DNA from: Nitrospinota bacterium
Lineage (GTDB): Bacteria > UBA8248
Direction of reading: 5' to 3'
Length of the DNA: 64,000 nucleotides
Assembly (NCBI GenBank): GCA_030754595.1
Contig: JASLZZ010000039.1
Location: 1 to 64,000 of the forward strand
The position numbers and the translations under genes were made by a program. Of this stretch, positions 48,913-57,375 are shown one piece after another (within the stretch, counting starts at the first letter, position 1; every line of letters starts with the position of its first letter). The notes beneath the pieces were generated by a model that was not told the DNA's origin, did no database searches, and worked only from the letters and a program-made list of their open reading frames with translations.

Positions 48913-50097
48913 GTGCATCAAGAACTCAACGACGAACACCGGGCGCTTCAGCAAATGGCTCGGGATTTCGCCGAAAAGGAAATTATCCCGGTTGCCGCCG
49001 AGCGTGACCGGATCCAGGACCCGGCGGAAACCTTTAGCCCAGAGTTGATCAAAAAAGGATCGGTCCTAGGTCTTCGGACGCTTGCCGTTCCCGAGGAGTT
49101 CGGGGGGCCGGGCGTCGACCTGATGGGTCAGGTTTTGGTCATTCTGGAATTGGCGCGCGGAGACGGCGGGGTCGCCAAGACGTTCAGCCAGTGCTGGAAG
49201 TGGACCCCCATGATTTGCCGGTTGGCGACGGATGAGCAGCGCGAGCGCTTCTTGCCCCCGTTTTTGGAGGACGATCTCTACCTGTTGGGGATGGGGGGGT
49301 CCGAGCCAGGAGCCGGATCGGACAACCGCATGCCGCCGCCCGAGGATCCAACTGCGGGCTGGAAAACCGCGGCGGTGAAGGACGGCAACGAGTATGTCAT
49401 CAACGGGATGAAGCACTTTATCGCCAACGGCGGGGTCGCGAAGCTTTATATCATCCGCACCCGCACGAATCCGAAGGTGCCGATCTCCGAGGGCACCACC
49501 ATGTTTTTCGTTCCGGCCGATACACCTGGGTTCACCATCGGCCGCCGCCATGACAAGATCGGTTGGCGCTTTTATCAGAACGCCGAGTTGATTTTTCAGG
49601 ATTGCCGCGTCCCCCAGGAGAACTTGCTGGGCGAGTTGAACAAGGGAAAGAATGACAGCTCGGAACGGTTCGTAAGTTTCAACGATGTCGAGCTGGCCGC
49701 GAACGTCATCGGTATTTCGCAGGCCGCTTTTGAGCATGCCCTCGATCATGCCCGGAACAGGGTTCAGGGCGGAAAACCCATCATCGGGCATCAGTCCATC
49801 GCCCTGAAGCTTTCGGACATGTATATGCGCCTTGAGGCGGCGAAGAGCTATCTCTTCAAGGTGGTCGAGAGCGATCAAGAGGAAAGGGCCGAGTTCGAGT
49901 CCTCCTCGAAACAGTTGATGAAGGTGTTCGCCACCGAGTGCGCTCTTCAGATTACCAGGCTGGCGGTGGAAATTTTCGGCGGCTCCGGGGTCATGCGCGA
50001 CGCGCCCGTGGAAAAGCTCCTGCGCGACGCGAACGTTTTCCCGCACCTGGCGGCCGATTCCATCATGAACCTGAAGGCCGCCGCCAAGCTCCAGTAA
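48913..50097 (+). CDS. Acyl-CoA dehydrogenase-family flavoprotein (atypical active site)
   Basis: SEPGAGSD, INGMKHFIANG, RVQGGKPI-HQ, IFGGSGVMRD-PVEKLLRD. Confidence 0.88.
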   Translation: MHQELNDEHRALQQMARDFAEKEIIPVAAERDRIQDPAETFSPELIKKGSVLGLRTLAVPEEFGGPGVDLMGQVLVILELARGDGGVAKTFSQCWKWTPMICRLATDEQRERFLPPFLEDDLYLLGMGGSEPGAGSDNRMPPPEDPTAGWKTAAVKDGNEYVINGMKHFIANGGVAKLYIIRTRTNPKVPISEGTTMFFVPADTPGFTIGRRHDKIGWRFYQNAELIFQDCRVPQENLLGELNKGKNDSSERFVSFNDVELAANVIGISQAAFEHALDHARNRVQGGKPIIGHQSIALKLSDMYMRLEAAKSYLFKVVESDQEERAEFESSSKQLMKVFATECALQITRLAVEIFGGSGVMRDAPVEKLLRDANVFPHLAADSIMNLKAAAKLQ

Positions 50098-50157
50098 ATC
50101 GTGCCCCGCTCCCTCCCGGAGAGGGGGGACGGACGAGTGTTCCATAAGGGAAATGAA

Positions 50158-51243
50158 ATGCCTGAAAATAATATCGATCTCGCCGTTATTCTCGGAGACG
50201 GCGTCGGGCACGATATACTTCCCGTTGCGGTCGAGGTGATTAAGGAAGCGGCCGGTGTCTGTGGCGTCGAGGTGACTCCCACGGTGTACGGCTATGGCGC
50301 CCAGCGGTATTTGGAGGAGGGCTCATCGCTTCCCGAGGATGTGCCGGCCCTGGTGCGCAATATGGCCGAGGAGCACGATGCGATCCTCTTCGGGAGCGCG
50401 GGCGACGATCCGCGGATTCCTGCGGGCATCAATTGCCGGGATCTGCTCGTGGGGCTTCGCTGGGAGCTCGATCTTTTTGTGAATCTTCGGCCCGCGCCCC
50501 TGCTCGACAGCCGGTTTTGTCCTCTCAAAAAGGAAGTGCCCATCGATCTTGTCGTGGTCCGCGAGAACACCGAGGGCGTTAATGTCCGGATGGGAGGCAA
50601 CTTCAAAAAGGGGACGACCGACGAGGTGGCCATTCAGGAGGATGTGAATACCTATAAGGGGGTCGAGCGAATTTGCCGCTACGCCTTCGAGTATGCCCGC
50701 TCTCACGGCTACCCGAAGGTGACGATGGCGGATAAACACGCCTCTCTGATTCACGCCCACGGCCTCTGGCAGCGGGTGTTCTGGCGGATGAACGAAGAGT
50801 TCCCCGATGTCGAGGGGGAACATTATTTCATCGATACACTGTGCATGGACCTTGTTTTGCACCCGGAAGAATTCGGCGTAATCGTGACGAACAACATGTA
50901 TGGCGACATTTTGAGCGATCTGTGCGCCAGCCTGGTGGGCGGGGTCGGCGTCGCCGCCTCGGGGTGCATTCATCCGGGCCGGGTTTGCATGTTCGAGCCC
51001 GTCCACGGAACGGCCCCCGATATCGCCCTCAAGGGAATCGCGAATCCCTTCGCCACCGTCCTCACGGGCCGGATCATGCTCGATACGCTCGGTCACACTC
51101 GGGCGGCGGAATTGATCTGGGGCGCTGTTCAGGCCGCGGTCAAGGAGAACAAGGTAACCGGCGACCTGGGCGGAGATATGAATACTAAGGGCGTCGGCGA
51201 TTATTTGCAGGAGAAAATCGTCGAACTCTCCAAGGAGCAATAA
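50158..51243 (+). CDS. Isocitrate/isopropylmalate/tartrate-family decarboxylating dehydrogenase
   Basis: GDGVG, FVNLRP, VRENTEG, NMYGDILSDL, FEPVHGTAPDIA-ANP. Confidence 0.9.
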   Translation: MPENNIDLAVILGDGVGHDILPVAVEVIKEAAGVCGVEVTPTVYGYGAQRYLEEGSSLPEDVPALVRNMAEEHDAILFGSAGDDPRIPAGINCRDLLVGLRWELDLFVNLRPAPLLDSRFCPLKKEVPIDLVVVRENTEGVNVRMGGNFKKGTTDEVAIQEDVNTYKGVERICRYAFEYARSHGYPKVTMADKHASLIHAHGLWQRVFWRMNEEFPDVEGEHYFIDTLCMDLVLHPEEFGVIVTNNMYGDILSDLCASLVGGVGVAASGCIHPGRVCMFEPVHGTAPDIALKGIANPFATVLTGRIMLDTLGHTRAAELIWGAVQAAVKENKVTGDLGGDMNTKGVGDYLQEKIVELSKEQ

Positions 51244-51275
51244 AGAGATCGTTCGTTTTATACAAGGAGATTGGG

Positions 51276-52187
51276 ATGGACGGCAAGCTTCGGGGAATCA
51301 TGGCCGCTCCGGTTACCGCCTTCAAGGCGGATGGTCGGGTCGATTTTGAAACTTTCGAGAGGCAGATCAATTTTCTGATCGAATCGGGATTTCCTTTTAT
51401 CGCCCATCCCATGCATATCGGCGAGTCTCCCAATCTGACGGTGCGGGAGCGAAAGGAACTGGTCAGCTCCCTGGTGAGGGCGGCCGGGGGGAGGGTTCCC
51501 GTTTTCGTGAACGTGAGTATGCCGGGGACGGACAACATGCTCGATCTGGCGCGGCACAGCGAGTTTGCCGGGGCGTCGGGGATGGTGGTCCTCTCTCCCT
51601 ACCACTGGGAGCCCGAGGCCGAGGCCCATCTCGACCACTTCCTCACCCTGGGGAAAAGCGTCGATATGAAAATGGTCGCCTATAACAACCCGAGGCGGGT
51701 ACAGGTGGGGATTCCCCACGACATGCTGGGCGAGATGATCGAAAAGCTGCCTAATCTGGCCGCGCTCAAGGACGCTTCGTTCGACATGAATTATTTCACC
51801 GGGGCCTGCCGCGTGGCCTCGGCCGTGCGGACGAATTTTTCCGTGTTCACTGGGATCGAGTGGCTGCTGACATCCATCCCGGTGGGTGGGTCCGGCTCGT
51901 TTTCGAATTGCGGCGAGGTGGCGCCCAGGCTGATCCAGAGCCTCTTCGATGCCTGTATGAAGGGAGATTATGAAACGGCGCGCCCGCTTCAATTTAAAGT
52001 GGGCATTCTCCTGAAGTTGCTGCAAACGAATTATCCCGCCACGGTAAAATACGCGATGGAATTGATGGGCCGGCCCGTAGGGGAGACGCGAAAGCCTGTT
52101 CTGCCGCTGAACCAGGAAGCGAAGGAGCATACGAGGGAAACACTCGAGTCTCTGGGTGTTTTGGAGAGCGAGCCCCGGGGCTGGTAG
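51276..52187 (+). CDS. DapA/NanA-family Schiff-base aldolase/dehydratase
   Basis: PVTAF-DG-VD, YNNP, ALKDAS catalytic Lys, KYAMELMG, RKPVLPL. Confidence 0.87.
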   Translation: MDGKLRGIMAAPVTAFKADGRVDFETFERQINFLIESGFPFIAHPMHIGESPNLTVRERKELVSSLVRAAGGRVPVFVNVSMPGTDNMLDLARHSEFAGASGMVVLSPYHWEPEAEAHLDHFLTLGKSVDMKMVAYNNPRRVQVGIPHDMLGEMIEKLPNLAALKDASFDMNYFTGACRVASAVRTNFSVFTGIEWLLTSIPVGGSGSFSNCGEVAPRLIQSLFDACMKGDYETARPLQFKVGILLKLLQTNYPATVKYAMELMGRPVGETRKPVLPLNQEAKEHTRETLESLGVLESEPRGW

Positions 52188-52234
52188 CTTTTCCCGAATT
52201 TGCGGGAGTCACCCGAATAATTCAAGAAATAAAC

Positions 52235-52270
52235 GGAGGCCAGAGGCGGGAGACCCGCCGCCTGGCCTCC
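52235..52270. terminator. Hairpin between convergent units, probable terminator
   Basis: GGAGGCCAG...CTGGCCTCC stem; on the minus strand followed by GTTTATTTCTT. Confidence 0.55.
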
Positions 52271-52542
52271 ATCTAATCCTCAGTGCGTTTGCCCCGGTGT
52301 TTCTTCCGGGCCCGCCCGGCCTGGTTTTCCTACTTGAACTGGGCCTTCCACTTGGCGTGGATGCCCTTGACCTTTTTCGATGCGTCGATCGCAGGTGATA
52401 AGCATTTGCATTTTTAACTCGGTCCTGGCTTCGACGACGGGGTTGGTGTTCTCCAGTGATATTTCAACTGTCCGCTGTCCGAGTTTCGCGAGATAACCGC
52501 GCTTGGTCGCCGCCGCGTTGAAGTCGACGTGATTTTATAAAA

Positions 52543-53757
52543 CTAACCCGGTATTCCGTCCGGCCGCGGGCGGGTCAGTATCGGCCAATAGACGGACAGA
52601 AAAATCCCGAATGCAGCCGTCCATAAGGCCCCGGAAATAATCAGCGCCTCCTTGTAGCTCTCGAAGAAGAGAATCGGAGCGGCGGCCCGGACGAAAGCCG
52701 CGGCTGTGATCAATAAATAGGAAAAAACGACGACGGGCCGAATTTGTGCAGGCCTGCCCGTGTGAAGCAGGGAGACAATCGACATGACGGCCAGGATCAT
52801 GGTTCCGATCCCGCCTACCGTTATCGCGTGAATAGCGCTCACCTCGGGGACGGGCCCGTCCAGATAGGCGATTCCGGTAAGGACGAGTCCCGCGATTATC
52901 CAGCCATATCCGAGATGAAGCGCTGCGAGGTGGGGCTTCAAGAGCAGGCTGCCGGCTCTCCAAGTGAATATTCGGACAATTTGAATCGCCGCCGCCGCCA
53001 GGGCGAGAAGGCCGACCCACGAGGCTCCTCGGTCCACCAGATTTGCCGCGATGAGCATTGCGACGGAGCCGATGGCCAGCCACTCGATAACCGGGCGGGT
53101 GAGCGGCGCCTTGGGGCCCTCGACTGCCAGGCGCTCCACCGTAATGAAGGTGGGTGCAATCCTTCCGATGACGACGATGATCAAAGCCGCCAGGAGGTAG
53201 ACGCCGAGCTGGAGACCAGCCTCCGCCAGGCCCCCGATCCCGAAAAGGGATTCCAGGTGAACCATCAGGTTGGCGGTGAAAAAAATAGCGAGGACGATTA
53301 GAAACACCAGATTCTTTCGGCTCCCCTGGGCGGTGAGGACGGGCCACAGCGCGGCGGCGAGCACAGGCATCAAGGCCAGGTCGATAAGCGCCACCGCAAA
53401 GACGGGGAGCAGAGCCGAGAGCCACATTGCGGCGCGCCCGGCCACCCATGCCCAGACGACTACCCCGAGACGGCGGCCTGTCACGGGCAGGGCGTTGCTC
53501 CAGGTCGAGGACGCCGTGAGAAGAAAACCGCAAACCGCGGCGACGGCGAAGCCGAACACCATTTCATGGCCGTGCCAGATGACGGGTCGGAAAGAGGCCG
53601 GGCTGGGCGCGGCATCGAAAAAAAACACCAGCCAGGCGCTCAGGAAAACCGACCCGTAGCCACTGGCCAAAAGAAAAAAGGGCCGGAAGCCATGCACCAG
53701 CAGGGAGAACCTTTCTTTTTCGATTTCGGGGCGGGAGGTGATTGTTAATAGGTCCAT
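52543..53757 (-). CDS. nnrS: NnrS-family membrane protein
   Basis: GFRPFFL, WHGHEMVFGF, GFLLTA-W, IGRIAPTF, C-terminal RPRPDG. Confidence 0.9.
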   Translation of the reverse strand: MDLLTITSRPEIEKERFSLLVHGFRPFFLLASGYGSVFLSAWLVFFFDAAPSPASFRPVIWHGHEMVFGFAVAAVCGFLLTASSTWSNALPVTGRRLGVVVWAWVAGRAAMWLSALLPVFAVALIDLALMPVLAAALWPVLTAQGSRKNLVFLIVLAIFFTANLMVHLESLFGIGGLAEAGLQLGVYLLAALIIVVIGRIAPTFITVERLAVEGPKAPLTRPVIEWLAIGSVAMLIAANLVDRGASWVGLLALAAAAIQIVRIFTWRAGSLLLKPHLAALHLGYGWIIAGLVLTGIAYLDGPVPEVSAIHAITVGGIGTMILAVMSIVSLLHTGRPAQIRPVVVFSYLLITAAAFVRAAAPILFFESYKEALIISGALWTAAFGIFLSVYWPILTRPRPDGIPG

Positions 53758-53891
53758 TGCGTCCGGCCTCCGAGTGAATGTGAATCGTTCGATAAAGAAA
53801 CGCTATTATGCACCTCTCCGGGGTGCGGATGTGAACGGAGGGAGGAAAAATTTTCGTGGGAAGAAAAATGTTTCATGCCGGCCGGTCATCG

Positions 53892-53999
53892 CAGGAGCGG
53901 CTCTTTCTCGCGGGAGAGCCCACCTCGATTGAGCATTTCCCGGTCGCGCATGGGGCGCATTTCCCCGGCGTTTCGGCGGCGAGTATATTGAGCGGATAA
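53892..53999 (+). pseudogene. C-terminal remnant of a flavin monoamine-oxidase-family gene
   Basis: QERLFLAGEPTSIEHFPVAHGAHFPGVSAA resembles the RLFFAGE-T...HGA-SG-AA motif; no upstream gene body. Confidence 0.55.
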
Positions 54000-54023
54000 C
54001 GCCCGGGAGGCGCGGGCGGTGGC

Positions 54024-55028
54024 CTATGGTCCGATGATGACGGACTCGTCTCCCGTCAACTTCAGATCGGTTCCCAGTTTCTTCGACATTTTTTGCATCG
54101 TTGCCATTATCTCGCCGAATTTTTCGTCCTCGCCTGAGGGAATCGAAGGCCTTCCGTCGTCGCCGATGAGAACGGGGACAAAAGATAGGCGCCGGACTTC
54201 CTTTCCCTCGATGACGCATCTAACGAGGATGGATTCTTTCACCGTGGGGAGGAACATGGGGTGATCGTGGTCGAGGACGAGATTTCCGAGCGCGTAGCAG
54301 ATCGCCTTTCCGTTGTAAATCTCAATTCCTTGAAGAATATGCGGGTGCTGGCCGATGACGAGGTCGGCTCCGGCGTCGATGGCGGTGTGGGCGGCGGCCT
54401 GCTGGGAGAGGGTGAGGGTGCGGCTCTGGCTTGAGCCCCAGTGAAAGGTGGCGATGAGAATATCCACCCGGGGCCGGACGGATTCGATGGTTTCCGCCAT
54501 GGCTTCGAGCTCTTCTTCGTTTAAATAGGGCGGGCCGAAAAGGGGGTCTTCGCGTAGCGGGGCGACCCCAGCTTTGTTCGGGTTCGCTCCCCAGCCCATG
54601 GGCAGGTTGAGCACGTGGGTGAGGAACCCGACGCGGATTCCCTTTCTCTCGATAATGACCGGAGTCCGCGCTTCTTCGATGTTTCTTCCCGAGCCGGAGA
54701 AGGCGATACCTCGCTTCTCTAAAAGCGCCATCGTTTCCACGAACGGCTCGATGCCGTAGTCCATGCAGTGATTGCTCGCGAAAGCCACCGTGTCGAAACC
54801 ACCGGCGATATACCCTTCAATCATCCTCGGATGGTGGCGCATGGTGATTTTGCCTGTGACGGCCGTCCCTTTTTCGGACAACGACGCCTCAAGGCCGCCG
54901 AAGCGGATGTCGGCTTTTTCGAGTTCCGGGAGGATTCGGTCGAAGACCTTTTCGGGGTTGTCCCGGTTGATCTCGATATCCCCCGCCAGGGCCATGTGGA
55001 GGCGTCCGCCGCTTGTGGTGTCTGCCAT
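54024..55028 (-). CDS. CapA (PGA_cap)-family metallophosphoesterase, no signal peptide
   Basis: LAGDI, ASNHCMDYG, FHWG, IGQHPHILQ, YALGNL. Confidence 0.85.
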   Translation of the reverse strand: MADTTSGGRLHMALAGDIEINRDNPEKVFDRILPELEKADIRFGGLEASLSEKGTAVTGKITMRHHPRMIEGYIAGGFDTVAFASNHCMDYGIEPFVETMALLEKRGIAFSGSGRNIEEARTPVIIERKGIRVGFLTHVLNLPMGWGANPNKAGVAPLREDPLFGPPYLNEEELEAMAETIESVRPRVDILIATFHWGSSQSRTLTLSQQAAAHTAIDAGADLVIGQHPHILQGIEIYNGKAICYALGNLVLDHDHPMFLPTVKESILVRCVIEGKEVRRLSFVPVLIGDDGRPSIPSGEDEKFGEIMATMQKMSKKLGTDLKLTGDESVIIGP

Positions 55029-55124
55029 CGCTTGCTCCTCTCTGCCGGTGACCAAAGGGCGTTATATGCTTGCTCCGCCAGGAACCCCGTCACGGGAGCT
55101 TGTATGACGGGATAGCTTCGCTGG

Positions 55125-55871
55125 TCAGGGAAGCTGGTTGACGCTGTATTTGAAGCGATCGCCCCGGTAGAAAATCTGGGAGAATTCTAGCGGAGTCCCG
55201 TCTCCGCTGTGAACGAATGTCTCAACGTACATCACCGGGGCCATGAGGCCGATCGATAGGAGCGATGCGATTTCCTTGTCGGCCGTCCGGGCTTCGATGG
55301 TTTGATTGATTTCGCCGATTTTGATCCGGAGGCGGCGCTCGAAAATTTTCAGGAGGGAGCGTTTCGCGTAATCCGGCCGGGGAATTTTATTTCCGATTTC
55401 GGCGGAAACATAATTATTAACGTAGCAAAAGGGTACGCCCTCGACCATGCGGGTTCGCTGTATGTGGGTAATTTCATCGCTGGGGGTGAGGCCCAGGAAA
55501 TCCGCCAGTTGGGGGCTGGGGGAGGAGTTTCTGACGGAGAGCAGGCGAAGCTCGCCTTCCATTCCGTGAGAAAGATACTCCTCGGCGATTCCGGTGAGGT
55601 TCAACATCTTTGGGGGTTTCAGATCCTCCGAGACAAAAGTCCCGTGGCCCCGGTAACGGTGGAGAAGGCCGTCCGAAACGAGAAGGGAGAGCGCCTGGCG
55701 GACAGGCACGCGGCTTACGCCGAACATCTTGGCCAGATCCAGTTCCTTGGGAATCTTCGAGCCGGGCGGCAGCTCGCCCTGCTCGATTCGCCTGCGCAGC
55801 AGATCCGCAATCTGGTAGTAGTAGGGAACGCTGTGGTTGGTAAACGGTGTTCCCGAGAAATTATTGTCCAT
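55125..55871 (-). CDS. GntR-family regulator, HutC/UTRA subfamily
   Basis: PYYYQIA, IPKELDLAKMFGVSRVPVRQAL, GHGTFV, UTRA C-terminus YRGDRF. Confidence 0.92.
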   Translation of the reverse strand: MDNNFSGTPFTNHSVPYYYQIADLLRRRIEQGELPPGSKIPKELDLAKMFGVSRVPVRQALSLLVSDGLLHRYRGHGTFVSEDLKPPKMLNLTGIAEEYLSHGMEGELRLLSVRNSSPSPQLADFLGLTPSDEITHIQRTRMVEGVPFCYVNNYVSAEIGNKIPRPDYAKRSLLKIFERRLRIKIGEINQTIEARTADKEIASLLSIGLMAPVMYVETFVHSGDGTPLEFSQIFYRGDRFKYSVNQLP

Positions 55872-56056
55872 AGGCGCTCGCTGGGAAAAAACCTCTTTCC
55901 GCCGAAATGGAATTTGAACCGGTGAACATGAAGTATTAAGATTATAAACATATTACATGCGAATTTGAACCACTCGCTTTGCCATGGTTGACTGGTCGGC
56001 GGGTGGAGCGTTTCGCATGAATCCGTTGAAAAACCCGAGAGCGAAAGGGACGATAA

Positions 56057-57196
56057 GTGGGCTTTACTTTGGAGGAGCGTGACCGGCGATACCGGGCGGT
56101 TCGCGCGAATATGGAGCGGGAAGGGCTGGACGCCCTTATCGTTTTCGGAAATACCGGCGTCGAGGGCCAGTGGAACGGTAATTTTACCTATCTTTCGAAC
56201 TATTGCCTGATTTTCGCCACCGCTGTTATTTTTTTCCCCCTGGAGGGCGAGCCGGCGGCGTTCATTCCCGGGGAGAATCAGCTTCTCGACGCCCGGCGGG
56301 CCGGCTGGATCGAGGACATGCGCCTTTCCGGCAAGCCGGTGGGCGATCTCTGCGCCCTTGTGAAGTCCATTAATTCCCGTGGAGGAAGGATCGGAGTATC
56401 GAGTCTCGCCGCCTTTCCGGCTGTCGCGGCCGAGGAGATACACTCGGAACTGCCGGGCGTGGAGTTCGTCGAGGCGTCCTCGGTTGTATTCGATGCGCGA
56501 GAGGCCAAGAGCGAAGAGGAGCTCGAGGCGGCTCGGCGGGGGGCGAGGGTGGCCGATCTGGGCTGGAAGCGCTCCATCAAGGTTCTCCGGCCCGGACTCA
56601 GCGAACTTGAATGGCGGGCCGAGTTGGAGCGGGTCATGACCGCCGAAGGAGCGGACGGCTATTTCAATATGCTGGGGGCCGGGCGGTCCGATGGGGAGGA
56701 GGATGTCTTCCGGGGGTTTGTCGTTCCTCCGACAGAGAGGAAATTCCGGGAGGGCGATCTGGCGCTCCTCGAGATCACGCCCCGCGTCGATGGCTACTGG
56801 AATCAGGTGGTGCGCCTCGTTTCCTTCGGCGATCCCCCCGGCGCTATCCGGGAGGCCCACGACGCCTGCCTCGATGCGAAACGATGCGCGCTGGAGCAAA
56901 TCAGGCCGGGCGAGACCTTTACCTCGGTGGCGGAGGCGATCGGCGGCGCGCTGGAGCGGCATGGCTACGCCATGAAAGGGGTCGGCAGCGCCCACACCAC
57001 CGGGCTCGACCTGAGCGAGTCCATCATGAACCTCGACAACAAAAGAAAAATCGAGGCCGGGCTGCTCCTCACGGTCCACCCGATGACGGCCACCGGCGAT
57101 TGGCGCCAGTTGTTCGTCGGAGAGTCCTATTTTCTGCATTCCGATCGGCTGGAAATGCTGAATCATTGCAGTGAAGAGATCGCCGTTTTGAAGTAG
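56057..57196 (+). CDS. M24 (pita-bread fold) Xaa-Pro peptidase / creatinase-like protein
   Basis: Creatinase_N-like N-terminus, KSEEELE, GYWNQVVR, HTTGLDLSE, TVHP. Confidence 0.8.
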   Translation: MGFTLEERDRRYRAVRANMEREGLDALIVFGNTGVEGQWNGNFTYLSNYCLIFATAVIFFPLEGEPAAFIPGENQLLDARRAGWIEDMRLSGKPVGDLCALVKSINSRGGRIGVSSLAAFPAVAAEEIHSELPGVEFVEASSVVFDAREAKSEEELEAARRGARVADLGWKRSIKVLRPGLSELEWRAELERVMTAEGADGYFNMLGAGRSDGEEDVFRGFVVPPTERKFREGDLALLEITPRVDGYWNQVVRLVSFGDPPGAIREAHDACLDAKRCALEQIRPGETFTSVAEAIGGALERHGYAMKGVGSAHTTGLDLSESIMNLDNKRKIEAGLLLTVHPMTATGDWRQLFVGESYFLHSDRLEMLNHCSEEIAVLK

Positions 57197-57375
57197 AGAT
57201 GTGACCGCCTCCGCACCTGTGGAGGCTAGGGGGTGACGTTGGCCAACGGCGCGGGTTCGAGGCGGCTCCGGGGCCGCCCCGTCGAATTTGCGGATCTTAT
57301 CGAGGAATAATTTTTTTCCGTGGTCCGGCCAGGCAAGGATTGCCCGGCGCCCGGCCGCCGAGTGAGGAGGTGGAA

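Noticed and set aside
50158..52187. Housekeeping leuB and dapA
   Set aside because: No leu or dap context, and the DapA motif is altered; symbols withheld.
54024..55028. Poly-gamma-glutamate capsule locus
   Set aside because: No capB/capC and no membrane anchor or signal peptide.
57207..57310. Hairpin and short coding-like stretch (GVTLANGAGSRRLRGRPVEFADLIEE*) between M24 and ACAD
   Set aside because: Too short to assign; could be another remnant, but no recognisable motif.
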